Shown here one piece after another: positions 1-9,906 of a DNA stretch of 64,000 nucleotides; the first letter of the stretch is position 1, and each line of letters starts with the position of its first letter. A program made the translations under genes and the position numbers. The DNA comes from Pseudomonadota bacterium. Lineage in GTDB: Bacteria; Pseudomonadota; Gammaproteobacteria; Burkholderiales; Burkholderiaceae_C. The stretch spans positions 8,234-72,233 of the forward strand of contig JABBOE010000001.1 in assembly GCA_019351955.1 (NCBI GenBank). Direction: 5' to 3'. The notes beneath the pieces are model-generated. The model did no database searches. It saw nothing but the letters and a program-made list of their open reading frames with translations, and was not told the origin of the DNA.

Positions 1-119
1 GTCAGCTAAGCGCCTATCGCCATGAAGGCTTCTGGCAGCCCATGGATACGCTTCGCGACAAGACCCATCTCGAAACCTTGTGGCAAGCCGGCAAGGCTCC
101 GTGGAAGGCATGGGCATGA
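1..119 (+). CDS. rfbF: glucose-1-phosphate cytidylyltransferase, C-terminal fragment (5' end lies outside the window)
   Basis: Frame 3 reads ...[35 protein letters not shown], which is the conserved RfbF/DdhA C-terminus. The TGA at 117-119 overlaps the ATG of the next gene (ATGA). Confidence 0.8.
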   Translation, partial: QLSAYRHEGFWQPMDTLRDKTHLETLWQAGKAPWKAWA

Positions 120-1180
120 AGGCTGATTTCTGGTCCGGCAGGCGGGTGTTTGTGACCGGGCACACTGGCTTCAAGGGCAGTTGGCTGAGCCTGTGGCTTC
201 AGGGTCTAGGGGCGAAGGTCACCGGTTTCGCGCTGGAGCCTCCCACCACGCCCAGCCTATTCGTCGAGGCGCGCGTGGCCGATGGCATGTGCTCCATCAT
301 CGGCGACATCCGCGAGCCTGCCGTGCTGGCGACATCTCTGCGAGATGCGCAGCCCGAGATCGTTTTCCACTTGGCAGCGCAGTCTTTGGTGCGTTACTCC
401 TACGACGCCCCCGTGGAAACGTACATGACCAATGTGATGGGTACCGCGCACCTGCTCGACGCCGTCCGCAGAACGCCGTCGGTTCGTGCCTTGGTCAACG
501 TGACGAGCGACAAGTGCTACGACAATCGCGAGTGGGTGTGGGGCTACCGTGAGAATGAGGCCATGGGAGGGTTCGACCCCTACAGCAGCAGCAAGGGCTG
601 CGCCGAACTGGTAACCCAGGCATTCCGGAATTCATACTTTCCGCCGAACGACTTCGATCGACACCGTGTCGCCTTGGCTAGCGCCCGAGCGGGCAACGTC
701 ATAGGTGGAGGGGACTGGGCCGCCGATCGGTTGATACCCGACATTGTCCGCTCCATCGTGGCGGGCCAGACGGTGGACATCCGGAATCCCGGTGCGATTC
801 GCCCGTGGCAGCATGTGCTGGAACCGCTGAGCGGATACCTCACGCTGGCCTGGCATCTGTTCGAACAAGGCCCCGTGTATTCCGAAGCCTGGAATTTCGG
901 CCCTGAAGACCGCGACGCAAGGCCCGTGCAATGGATCGTCGAAAAGATGCTCGCCCTTTGGGGGCAAGGAGGCTGGTCGCACGATACGCAACCCCAACCC
1001 CACGAGGCGACGTATCTGAAGTTGGACTGCTCCAAGGCGGCGGCGAGGTTGGGATGGGTGCCCAGATGGGGCTTGGAGCGCGCATTACGCGAGATTGTCG
1101 CTTGGCACCGTGCGCATGCCGCCGGTGCCGACATGCGTTCAGAGACAATGAAGCAAATTGAAGCCTATATCGCCGTCTGA
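116..1180 (+). CDS. rfbG: CDP-glucose 4,6-dehydratase
   Basis: ORF 80..1180 trimmed to the ATG at 116 (ATGA overlap with rfbF); ATG 110 is also possible. Rossmann motif [14 protein letters not shown] and catalytic [10 protein letters not shown]. Length about 355 aa, typical of RfbG/DdhB. Confidence 0.9.
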   Translation: MKADFWSGRRVFVTGHTGFKGSWLSLWLQGLGAKVTGFALEPPTTPSLFVEARVADGMCSIIGDIREPAVLATSLRDAQPEIVFHLAAQSLVRYSYDAPVETYMTNVMGTAHLLDAVRRTPSVRALVNVTSDKCYDNREWVWGYRENEAMGGFDPYSSSKGCAELVTQAFRNSYFPPNDFDRHRVALASARAGNVIGGGDWAADRLIPDIVRSIVAGQTVDIRNPGAIRPWQHVLEPLSGYLTLAWHLFEQGPVYSEAWNFGPEDRDARPVQWIVEKMLALWGQGGWSHDTQPQPHEATYLKLDCSKAAARLGWVPRWGLERALREIVAWHRAHAAGADMRSETMKQIEAYIAV

Positions 1181-1201
1181 AAAGAAAATCAGGAAAGAAC
1201 A

Positions 1202-2515
1202 ATGGATTTGAATCAACTTCGTCAAGACATCCTTCGACTCGTCGACCAGTTCGGCGAACTGGCGTCGCAGCCCAAGCGGTTCGAAGCAGACAAGACGCCT
1301 GTGCCGCCCTCCGGCAAGGTCGTGGGCGCACCCGAAATGCGCCTGATGGTCGAGGCCTCGCTCGATGGCTGGCTGACCACCGGACGCTTCAACGATCAGT
1401 TCGAAGCGGCACTGGCCCGGTTTCTCGGTGTTGGCCATGTGTCCACCACAAATTCAGGTTCGTCTGCGAACCTACTGGCCTTCTCTGCGCTGACCTCGCC
1501 CAAGCTGGGCGCGCGCGCCATCGTTCCGGGAGACGAGGTTATCGGTGTCGCAGCGGGTTTCCCGACCACAGTCAACCCCATCCTTCAGTTCGGCGCCGTG
1601 CCCGTTTTCGTCGATGTCGACATCCCGACCTACAACGTCGACCCTACCAAGCTCGAAGCCGCAATCTCGCCCAAGACCAAGGCCATCATGCTGGCGCATA
1701 CCCTGGGCAATCCGTACAACCTAGACGTCGTCACCGACATCGCGCGTAGGAATGGCCTGTGGCTGATCGAGGATTGCTGCGACGCTCTCGGCTCGACCTA
1801 CGACGGACGGCTCGCCGGAACGTTTGGCGATATCGGGACGCTGAGCTTCTATCCTGCCCACCACATCACGATGGGAGAAGGCGGCGCCGTGTTCACCAAT
1901 AACCCGGAGCTGAAGTCCATCATCGAATCTTTCCGCGATTGGGGGCGGGACTGTTACTGTGCCCCCGGAAAAGACAATACCTGCGGCAAGCGCTTCTGTT
2001 GGAAGCTGGGCGATCTTCCCTACGGCTACGACCATAAATACACCTATTCGCATCTGGGCTACAACCTCAAGATCACCGACATGCAGGCTGCCTGCGCCTT
2101 GGCGCAGATGGATCGCCTGCCCGGTTTCATCGATGCGCGCCGCAAGAACTTTGCTTTTCTCCATGGGAGACTGCAAACCTGCGCAGATCAGTTAATTCTT
2201 CCTGAGGCCACGCCCAAGTCCTCTCCGTCGTGGTTTGGCTTCCCGATTACCTTGCGCGACTCGGTGGATTTCAGCCGCGTCGATCTACTAACCTATCTGG
2301 ACCAGCACCGCGTTGGCACGCGTTTGCTGTTCGCAGGCAACCTGACGCGCCAGCCATACATGGTCGGACGGAACTTCCGTGTTTCGGGGGATCTGCGCAA
2401 CACCGACATCATCATGAACCGAACCTTCTGGATTGGCGTCTATCCGGGGCTGACGGAAGAGATGCTCGAACACGCAGTGTCGACCATTGAGACGTTCCTA
2501 GGCGTGAATTTCTGA
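1202..2515 (+). CDS. rfbH: CDP-4-keto-6-deoxy-D-glucose 3-dehydrase (E1, PMP-dependent, DegT/DnrJ/EryC1 fold)
   Basis: 437 aa. [14 protein letters not shown] carries His where aminotransferases carry the PLP lysine. A Cys cluster ([17 protein letters not shown]) fits the E1 [2Fe-2S] site. Position directly after rfbF-rfbG. Confidence 0.9.
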   Translation: MDLNQLRQDILRLVDQFGELASQPKRFEADKTPVPPSGKVVGAPEMRLMVEASLDGWLTTGRFNDQFEAALARFLGVGHVSTTNSGSSANLLAFSALTSPKLGARAIVPGDEVIGVAAGFPTTVNPILQFGAVPVFVDVDIPTYNVDPTKLEAAISPKTKAIMLAHTLGNPYNLDVVTDIARRNGLWLIEDCCDALGSTYDGRLAGTFGDIGTLSFYPAHHITMGEGGAVFTNNPELKSIIESFRDWGRDCYCAPGKDNTCGKRFCWKLGDLPYGYDHKYTYSHLGYNLKITDMQAACALAQMDRLPGFIDARRKNFAFLHGRLQTCADQLILPEATPKSSPSWFGFPITLRDSVDFSRVDLLTYLDQHRVGTRLLFAGNLTRQPYMVGRNFRVSGDLRNTDIIMNRTFWIGVYPGLTEEMLEHAVSTIETFLGVNF

Positions 2516-2530
2516 CATTTTCAGCGCCCA

Positions 2531-3553
2531 ATGGACAAGCCATACGGCGTCGGCCATGTTCTGGCGCATACCACCGAAATCTGGGATGAGTTCAGGCAGG
2601 CGCGACTGTTCGTTACGGGCGGAACCGGTTTCATTGGCAAGTGGTTGCTGGAGTCGTTTCTAGCAGCGAACGATGCTTTCGACCTGCGAGCGAGGGTCTG
2701 TGTGCTCAGTCGCGACCCAGCCCGCTTCGGTGCGGAAATGCCAAGCATCTCCACGCATGCGGCCATCGAATTTGTCGTTGGCGATGTGCGCTCCTTCGAC
2801 TTCCCTCGCGGGCCATTTACCCACATCGTTCATGGTGCGACCGACATCGCCAATCCAGCCTTGCCGCTCGACACTTTCGACGTGACGGTCCGTGGCACTC
2901 GGCGTGTGCTCGACTTTGCCCAGGTGTGCGGGGTGACAAACCTGTTGCTCATCAGTTCTGGCGCAGTCTACGGAAGACAGCCACCGGACATTGACCAAGT
3001 TGCCGAAGACTATGTCGGAGCGCCTAGCGTGCTGTCCACAGCGTCCGCTTATGGCCAGGGCAAGCGCGTATCGGAGTGGCTGAGCATCGTTTATGGCCAG
3101 TCAGGCATGCAGGTACGAATCGCGCGCTGCTTCGCCCTTGTCGGCCCGTATCTCCCGTTGGACAAGCACTTCGCCATCGGCAATTTCATGCGAGACGCCC
3201 TAGCCCGTCAAGACATTGCCATATGCGGCGACGGCACGCCGTTGCGGTCCTATCTCCATGCCGCAGACCTGGCCGCATGGTTGTGGACCATCATGGCCCG
3301 AGGAGCGCCGTCGAGCGTGTTCAACGTTGGCTCTGACCAAGCGATCTCCATCGCGGGGATTGCCGAACTTGTAGCCCGACTTGCCGGATCGGGAAGTCGG
3401 ATCAACATTGCAAAAGCGTTCCAGCCTGGCGCGACACCGGAGCGCTATGTTCCGTCCATCGACAAGGCTAGACGGGAGTTGGGCCTGAATGTATGGATCC
3501 CCCTCGAAGCAGCCATTCTCGATACCATTTTTGCGTACCGGAGCAAGCTGTGA
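2531..3553 (+). CDS. NAD(P)-dependent sugar epimerase/reductase (extended SDR), probable CDP-ketosugar reductase
   Basis: 340 aa. Glycine-rich motif VTGGTGFIGKWL and a YGQGK (YxxxK) catalytic motif. Sits between rfbH and the transketolase pair. Exact substrate cannot be deduced from sequence. Confidence 0.7.
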   Translation: MDKPYGVGHVLAHTTEIWDEFRQARLFVTGGTGFIGKWLLESFLAANDAFDLRARVCVLSRDPARFGAEMPSISTHAAIEFVVGDVRSFDFPRGPFTHIVHGATDIANPALPLDTFDVTVRGTRRVLDFAQVCGVTNLLLISSGAVYGRQPPDIDQVAEDYVGAPSVLSTASAYGQGKRVSEWLSIVYGQSGMQVRIARCFALVGPYLPLDKHFAIGNFMRDALARQDIAICGDGTPLRSYLHAADLAAWLWTIMARGAPSSVFNVGSDQAISIAGIAELVARLAGSGSRINIAKAFQPGATPERYVPSIDKARRELGLNVWIPLEAAILDTIFAYRSKL

Positions 3554-3594
3554 CAATTTCGAAACCCATCGCAGTCACGGGTAGCGGAGGTGAT

Positions 3595-4401
3595 ATGGAA
3601 AGATTTGATCCAACGCGGATTCGCAGAGCCATTCTGGACATGGCTTACTCAGGCGGAACAGTGCACATCGGCTGCGCGTTCTCCATCGTGGAGCTACTTG
3701 CCGTCCTATATCGCAATCACTTGCGATTGGCCGGCCCTGATCAGGCTACCGAGGGGCGCGACTATATGGTCTTAAGCAAAGGGCATGGCGTCATGACGCT
3801 GTACGCCTGCCTCAACGAGATCGGCATGTTGTCGGATGAGGACATCAAACAATACTTCAGGGATGGCACCCGCCTCAAGGGGCTTGCCGACGTCCACGTC
3901 GCGGGAGTGGAGGCAACGACCGGATCCCTTGGGCATGGCCTTTCCGTCGGGGCAGGGCTCGCGCTTGCAGCGAAACGGAAGAAAACCGACCAAATCTCTT
4001 ATGTCTTGGTCGGCGACGGTGAACTCAACGAGGGCGCAATTTGGGAAGCGGTACTGTTTGCAGCCCATTTCAAACTCGATAACCTGATCGTCATCGTCGA
4101 CAAGAATGGTTTTCAAGCAATGGGATCCACGCACGAAGTGATCGAACTAGGGAGTATCGAACAGAAATTCTCGGCTTTCGGCTTTGACGCCCTGACAGTG
4201 GATGGCCACGACGAAGCCGCCGTGGACGCTGCATATCAATCGTTGAAGACAAATAAAAACGGACGCCCGAAGGTCATAGTTGCGAATACCGTGAAGGGAA
4301 AGGGCGTCTCATTCATGGAGCACGACAACACATGGCATTACACCAGATTGACGCCTGAGACCTATCGGGCCGCAATTGCAGAATTGGAGGTCATTGTATG
4401 A
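3595..4401 (+). CDS. transketolase, N-terminal (ThDP/PP-binding) subunit
   Basis: ORF 3493..4401 trimmed to ATG 3595, preceded by GGAGG. Motifs SKGHG and the ThDP motif GDGELNEGAIWEA. About 268 aa, typical of split transketolase subunit A. Confidence 0.85.
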   Translation: MERFDPTRIRRAILDMAYSGGTVHIGCAFSIVELLAVLYRNHLRLAGPDQATEGRDYMVLSKGHGVMTLYACLNEIGMLSDEDIKQYFRDGTRLKGLADVHVAGVEATTGSLGHGLSVGAGLALAAKRKKTDQISYVLVGDGELNEGAIWEAVLFAAHFKLDNLIVIVDKNGFQAMGSTHEVIELGSIEQKFSAFGFDALTVDGHDEAAVDAAYQSLKTNKNGRPKVIVANTVKGKGVSFMEHDNTWHYTRLTPETYRAAIAELEVIV

Positions 4402-5330
4402 GAAGCGCCTTTTCCGATGCAATAACGGCCGAAGCGAAGCGCGATCCAAGAGTGCTTCTCTTGACGGGGGATCACGGCTATGCGTTATTTGATTCATTCC
4501 GAAAGAGGTGTCCTGAGCAGTATATTAATTGTGGCATCGCTGAACAGAATATGGTTGGTGTTGCAGCAGGGCTGGCAAGAGCGGGTTTTCGCCCGATCGT
4601 TTACGGCCTGGCAGCATTCGTTCCGGTTCGTGTGCTTGAGCAAATCAAAATCGATGTGTGCTACGAACGGCTCCCGGTGATCTTCATCGGGGACGGCGCA
4701 GGCCTCGTCTACAGCCACCTCGGCACCAGCCATCAGTCCACCGAAGACATTGCCTGTACCCGATCCATTCCGGATCTGACCGTTCTTTCCCCGGCGGACC
4801 GCTTTGAAATGGCAGCCGCCCTTGCTCAGGCCTTCGATGCTGCGTCGCCGGTGTATTTGCGCATGGGAAAATCCGACCGCGGCGATGTGCATCGGGGGCC
4901 GGTGGACTTCTCAGCGGGACAAATGATCTTTGTAAAGGGGGGACGCAGCGAAGTCGTCATGCTGGCAACCGGGTCTATGGTGAAAACCGCGCTCGAACTG
5001 ACGGTCCGTGGGGTTGATGCGCAAGTGTGGAGCGTGCCATCAATCAAGCCGCTCGATAGCGCGAGTCTCGGCGAGATCTGCCGCCACGCAAAAGTATTGA
5101 TCACGTTGGAAGAGCATTCCGTCTTTGGGGGCTTGGGTTCTTGTATTGCCGAGGAGGTCGCAAAAATAAATCCAGTTCCGATATGCCGCATCGGTATCGA
5201 AGACCGCTTTTCGGCGCTCTGTGGCAGTTATGATTATTTGCTCAAAGAACATGGGATTGACCTTGCGTCCGTTAAGCAACGAGTTGATGGATTTTTGCAA
5301 GTTCAGTTGGCAGCTTCGCTTCGAATTTAA
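4398..5330 (+). CDS. transketolase, C-terminal (pyrimidine-binding) subunit
   Basis: 310 aa. NCGIAEQNMVGVAAGLA motif. ATGA start/stop overlap with the N-terminal subunit and GGAGG at 4386-4390. Confidence 0.85.
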   Translation: MRSAFSDAITAEAKRDPRVLLLTGDHGYALFDSFRKRCPEQYINCGIAEQNMVGVAAGLARAGFRPIVYGLAAFVPVRVLEQIKIDVCYERLPVIFIGDGAGLVYSHLGTSHQSTEDIACTRSIPDLTVLSPADRFEMAAALAQAFDAASPVYLRMGKSDRGDVHRGPVDFSAGQMIFVKGGRSEVVMLATGSMVKTALELTVRGVDAQVWSVPSIKPLDSASLGEICRHAKVLITLEEHSVFGGLGSCIAEEVAKINPVPICRIGIEDRFSALCGSYDYLLKEHGIDLASVKQRVDGFLQVQLAASLRI

Positions 5331-5406
5331 TGAAACCCCTTCGTATGCATTCCACCACCCTCAAAAAATTGCATGAGACAGGCATTAAAGCTGGAAATTG
5401 GGGAAT

Positions 5407-5793
5407 ATGCACGCGCTGACAGTTTTGAGAAAGAAGCGCTTCGTTCGATTCCTCCTTGTAGGGGCGCTTAATACCTTTTTTGGCTATGCCTGCTTCGCAG
5501 CATTTTTGTACGCGGGCTTGCATTACATCCTGGCTTTGCTTGCCGCTACCGTCATCGGCGTGGCTTTCAACTTCAAGACCATTGGAGCCTTGGTTTTCGA
5601 TTCGCGGGCCAATCATCTGATCTTTCGATTTGTGGCCTGTTACGGCGTGGTCTATGCAGTCAATGCTTTGTTGCTGACGGCTTTTCAAGCGGGTGGTCTC
5701 CACTCCCCTCTCGTCGGCCAAGCAGTCCTTGTGCTCCCGATGGCAATTTTTTCCTACACACTCAACCGACGTTACGTGTTCCTACATGGCTAA
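5407..5793 (+). CDS. GtrA-family small membrane protein (putative polyprenyl-phosphate-sugar flippase)
   Basis: About 128 aa with four predicted hydrophobic helices. N-terminus KRFVRFLLVGALNTFFGYACF is typical of the GtrA family. Overlaps the next gene by 8 nt. Confidence 0.75.
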   Translation: MHALTVLRKKRFVRFLLVGALNTFFGYACFAAFLYAGLHYILALLAATVIGVAFNFKTIGALVFDSRANHLIFRFVACYGVVYAVNALLLTAFQAGGLHSPLVGQAVLVLPMAIFSYTLNRRYVFLHG

Positions 5794-6760
5794 GCTCATC
5801 AGTATCGTCACTCCCTGCTACAACGAAGAAGACAACGTTGACGAGCTCTGCGAGCGCATCGCCAAGGTGATGCGCTCGCAGCCTTATGAGTACGAGCACA
5901 TTCTGATTGACAACCACTCGACAGACGGTACGGTGGCGCGCGTCAAGGCAATCGCCGCCAATGACCCGCGCGTCAAGCTCATCGTCAATGCACGCAATTT
6001 CGGCCACATTCGCTCGCCCTACTACGGAATCCTCCAGTCCAGCGGCGATGCTTGCGTCCTGATTGCATCGGACTTGCAGGATCCGCCAGAGATCATTGCG
6101 GAATTCATCCAGCGCTGGGAGGAGGGGTACAAGACGGTGCTCGCCGTCAAGCCGGAAAGCGAAGAATCGCCCGTCGTGTTCATGCTGCGCAAGCTATATT
6201 ACCGCTTCGTCACGGCCATCTCCGAAGTTCCCTTGGTGAAGAACGCCACCGGCGCCGGGATGTTCGACCGCGAGGTTGTCCAGATCCTCAGGAAAATCCA
6301 GGACCCGTATCCGTATTTTCGCGGACTGGTTTGTGAAATCGGTTTTCCAATTGCCACCGTGCCGTTCAAGCAGCCGCGAAGAAAGCGCGGGATCACGAAG
6401 AACAATTTCTACACGCTTTACGACAATGCCATCCTCGGCATAACCAATCACTCAAAGCTTCCCCTCAGGCTGATGACCATCGGCGGGTTTGCTTTGTCAA
6501 TTCTCAGCTTCGTCACTGCAATGTGCTTCCTGCTTGCGAAATTGCTGTTCTGGAATTCATTCCAGCTCGGCATTGCGCCAATCCTGATCGGGATGTTCTT
6601 CTTCTTCGCAATTCAGATGTTTTTCCTCGGTCTGCTTGGCGAATATATCGGAGCGATCTATACACACGTCAGGCGCGTACCTCTAGTAGTAGAAATGGAG
6701 AGGGTGAATTTTGACCTAACGTCCGCTGATGCCGCGATCGAGGCAAAAAATGAGCAGTGA
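5786..6760 (+). CDS. family-2 glycosyltransferase, polyprenyl-phosphate sugar synthase type (GtrB/ArnC/DPM1-like)
   Basis: ORF 5693..6760 trimmed to ATG 5786. ISIVTPCYNEEDNV GT-A start and a DxD-like ASDLQD. Two C-terminal TM helices (LRLMTIGGFALSILSF..., ILIGMFFFFAIQMFFLGLLGEYIG) as in GtrB/ArnC. Confidence 0.8.
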   Translation: MAKLISIVTPCYNEEDNVDELCERIAKVMRSQPYEYEHILIDNHSTDGTVARVKAIAANDPRVKLIVNARNFGHIRSPYYGILQSSGDACVLIASDLQDPPEIIAEFIQRWEEGYKTVLAVKPESEESPVVFMLRKLYYRFVTAISEVPLVKNATGAGMFDREVVQILRKIQDPYPYFRGLVCEIGFPIATVPFKQPRRKRGITKNNFYTLYDNAILGITNHSKLPLRLMTIGGFALSILSFVTAMCFLLAKLLFWNSFQLGIAPILIGMFFFFAIQMFFLGLLGEYIGAIYTHVRRVPLVVEMERVNFDLTSADAAIEAKNEQ

Positions 6761-8813
6761 AGTTTTATCGAAAAGCGCCAAAAGAATCTGCTTGGCATTT
6801 TTGGCGCTCACGCTATATTCTGCGATCACCTATCTTGCTTTTGTGCCGCATGGCATCTCCTGGACGCATGACATATTTTCGCCGAACGGGGATGCGTACA
6901 TCGGAATTTGGTCAATGAATTGGTGGCCATTTTCCATAAAGAATGGAATAAATTCATTTTTGACGAAATATATTTGGTATCCAAGTGGATTTAACCTTGC
7001 TTGGGCTGGCGTCATGCCAACATTGGCATTTATTGGTTATCCACTTACTAATTGGCTGGGGCCCATAGCGTCATACAATATATTGGCGTTATCCGTCTAT
7101 CCTTTAGGGGCATTCGGCGTTTACTTGCTTTCCAAATATTTGACAGATAACTATCCCGCGGCGCTCTTCTCGGGTTTTTTATTCGGATTTTCATCATACA
7201 TTGTCGGCCAATCGCTGGGGCATATTGTATTGTCATTTGTTTGCCTGATTCCCCTTGCCGTTCTTGTGGCAGTCAAGCGGTTTAGGGGTGAAATAGGAAG
7301 GACGATATTTATCGTCGTCGTGGCCTTATTCGTGGCACTTGAGTTTGGTATATATATAGAAGTTGTGGCCACCGCCACATTTTTTTCCAGCTCTTATTTG
7401 TTATTATATTATTATTTCAATGAAAAATTGCGGCAACGCCTCAGAGCGTTGATGTTCGAGCTTGGAGCCGGGTTCGTCCTTGCTATTGTTATATTGAGCC
7501 CTTATCTATTTTATATTATCGATGGCTTGAGTTTTGTTCCGAATGTCATAAACTCTCCATTTTCGTTTTCCGCTGATTTATTAAATTACATTATACCGAC
7601 GCCACTTGCGTGGGTCGGTGGGGTTATTTTTACTCCAATATCGTCACGATTTACTGGTAACTTCAGTGAGACTGGTGCATATCTGGGTGTAATTTTCGTC
7701 GGTGTGATGGTATTGTCGCTTCGTGCGAATTTGAAAATGTCGTGGGGGATGCCATTATTATATTGGCTGATATTTGTCGCCATATGTAGCCTTGGTCCAT
7801 ATTTGCAAATTGGTGGTGTCAATACAAAAATTCCATTGCCGTGGGCGCTATTCGAGAGAACGCCATTGCTCGGACATGCGCTGCCAACCCGATTTACGCT
7901 TTATATTGATCTCGGGGCATCTGTATTAGCCGCGTTTTGGTTGAGCGAACGCGCCCTGGGTCGCTGGGAAAAGATATTAAGATATTTGATCGTGCTTTGT
8001 GCGTTGGTTATGATATTTCCCGCCACGCGGCCGTGGCCTTTTGGTGAGAATGGGATTCCTTGGGCGGCCGCCGGTACGCCGCAATTATTTCTTGATCAAG
8101 CAATCCTGAAAAAATACATTAAAGCAAACGATGTTGTTGTCATATTGCCATACGGAAGTCAGGGAGGGTCGATGCTCTGGCAGGTCCAGTCCGGCATGTA
8201 CTTCAGGATGGCGGGCGGGTATGTCGGTTTTACACCGAAGCAATTTGGTGGGTTGCCAGCGGTGAATATTTTTTACAATAGTAATATACCGTCGGATGCT
8301 GAAACGGTGAAGAATGCGGTGGCGAGTTTCTGTGCTACTCATGACGTCAAGGCGATCATTCTTGCGCCGGGAACTAGCCCGGCGCTTTCGGCTGCTATGC
8401 AGAAGTTGGATTGGAAATCGGAGCAAGCGGGTGGGGTCGAACTGATTCGGGTGCCACCAACTGCTGAATTGAAATATAGCGATATACGTGGCGATTACTG
8501 GCAAAGCGTGGCAGACTGGGCTTGGATGGGGAAAACTATCGCGATTTCCAACCATGGCATCGGGTCGACGTTTTACGTGAAGGCTGAAGGGTTGCCGCCG
8601 GCTGTCGGACCAATCAGCTTGACGGTTCGGCGAGACGGCAAAGTTGAGTACGTGCTTTTAACCCCCGGGAAAGGCGGCGTTTTTTCTTTCAAGGTCGGGC
8701 CGTTTGCCGCCGCAACGATAACTGCCGACAGGACGTGGAGACCAAATAAGGTCATTTATAACGGCGACGAGCGACAATTATCAGTATTATTTAAAGTTGA
8801 GGATTCGCATTGA
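6750..8813 (+). CDS. large polytopic membrane protein, putative GT-C-type periplasmic glycosyltransferase (ArnT/YfhO/GtrC-like role)
   Basis: ORF 6729..8813 trimmed to ATG 6750, which overlaps the GT2 stop. The first ~440 aa are hydrophobic multi-TM, followed by a ~250-aa soluble C-terminal domain. Strongly AT-rich codon usage. Function is inferred from context with the GtrA/GtrB-like genes; I recognised no diagnostic family motif. Confidence 0.5.
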   Translation: MSSEVLSKSAKRICLAFLALTLYSAITYLAFVPHGISWTHDIFSPNGDAYIGIWSMNWWPFSIKNGINSFLTKYIWYPSGFNLAWAGVMPTLAFIGYPLTNWLGPIASYNILALSVYPLGAFGVYLLSKYLTDNYPAALFSGFLFGFSSYIVGQSLGHIVLSFVCLIPLAVLVAVKRFRGEIGRTIFIVVVALFVALEFGIYIEVVATATFFSSSYLLLYYYFNEKLRQRLRALMFELGAGFVLAIVILSPYLFYIIDGLSFVPNVINSPFSFSADLLNYIIPTPLAWVGGVIFTPISSRFTGNFSETGAYLGVIFVGVMVLSLRANLKMSWGMPLLYWLIFVAICSLGPYLQIGGVNTKIPLPWALFERTPLLGHALPTRFTLYIDLGASVLAAFWLSERALGRWEKILRYLIVLCALVMIFPATRPWPFGENGIPWAAAGTPQLFLDQAILKKYIKANDVVVILPYGSQGGSMLWQVQSGMYFRMAGGYVGFTPKQFGGLPAVNIFYNSNIPSDAETVKNAVASFCATHDVKAIILAPGTSPALSAAMQKLDWKSEQAGGVELIRVPPTAELKYSDIRGDYWQSVADWAWMGKTIAISNHGIGSTFYVKAEGLPPAVGPISLTVRRDGKVEYVLLTPGKGGVFSFKVGPFAAATITADRTWRPNKVIYNGDERQLSVLFKVEDSH

Positions 8814-8868
8814 AGCGTCATTTCATGCGACTTTGTGTTTATGGGTTAACTAAATATTTGTCGAGAAA

Positions 8869-9906
8869 ATGGATAGGTCTGCAATCATTACTGGTATCAC
8901 CGGCCAAGACGGAGCCTATCTTTCTGGGCTATTGCTAGAGAAGGGATACACCGTCTACGGCACCTATCGCCGCAGCAGTTCGGTGAACTTCTGGCGCCTT
9001 GAGGAACTGGGCGTTGCCCAGCATCCAAAATTGCGTCTGGTCGAGTTCGACCTGACCGACCTAGGTTCAGCCATCCGCCTGCTGCAGACCAGCGGCGCGA
9101 CTGAGGTGTACAACCTAGCCGCCCAAAGTTTTGTCGGTGTGTCGTTCGACCAACCGCAGACGACGGCGCAGATCACCGGGATTGGCGCTTTGAACCTGCT
9201 GGAGGCCCTTCGCATCGTCAACTCGAAGATCCGCTTCTACCAGGCCAGTACCTCGGAGATGTTCGGCAAGGTGCAGGCGGTGCCGCAGGTGGAAGACACG
9301 CCGTTCTATCCGCGCAGCCCGTACGGGGTCGCCAAGCTGTATGCGCATTGGATGACGGTGAACTACCGCGAAAGCTACGGCATCTTCGGCAGCAGCGGCA
9401 TTCTGTTCAACCACGAAAGTCCGTTGCGCGGGCGCGAGTTCGTCACCCGCAAGATCACCGACAGCCTGGCCAAGATCAGACTGGGCAAGCTGGATGTGCT
9501 GGAGTTGGGCAATATGGACGCCAAGCGTGACTGGGGCTATGCGAAGGACTACGTGGAGGGTATGTGGCGCATCCTGCAAGCCGACGAGCCTGACACCTTT
9601 GTGCTGGCCACCAACCGTGCGGAAACCGTGCGCGACTTTGTTTCCATGGCGGCCAAGGCTGCGGGCTTCAACCTCGAATGGCAAGGCAAGGCCGAGCAGG
9701 AGCGGGGGATCGACGCCGCAACCGGCAAGGCCATTGTGATCATCAACCCCAAGTTCTACCGTCCCGCAGAGGTGGAGTTGCTGATCGGCAATCCGGCCAA
9801 GGTCAAGGCCAAGCTGGCTTGGGCGCCCACCACGACGCTGGAGCAGCTTTGCGCCATGATGGTCGAGGCGGATTTGCGCCGTAACGAAGCGGGGTTCTCG
9901 TTCTGA
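8869..9906 (+). CDS. gmd: GDP-mannose 4,6-dehydratase
   Basis: 345 aa. N-terminus [23 protein letters not shown] and high overall similarity to Gmd proteins. Confidence 0.95.
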   Translation: MDRSAIITGITGQDGAYLSGLLLEKGYTVYGTYRRSSSVNFWRLEELGVAQHPKLRLVEFDLTDLGSAIRLLQTSGATEVYNLAAQSFVGVSFDQPQTTAQITGIGALNLLEALRIVNSKIRFYQASTSEMFGKVQAVPQVEDTPFYPRSPYGVAKLYAHWMTVNYRESYGIFGSSGILFNHESPLRGREFVTRKITDSLAKIRLGKLDVLELGNMDAKRDWGYAKDYVEGMWRILQADEPDTFVLATNRAETVRDFVSMAAKAAGFNLEWQGKAEQERGIDAATGKAIVIINPKFYRPAEVELLIGNPAKVKAKLAWAPTTTLEQLCAMMVEADLRRNEAGFSF

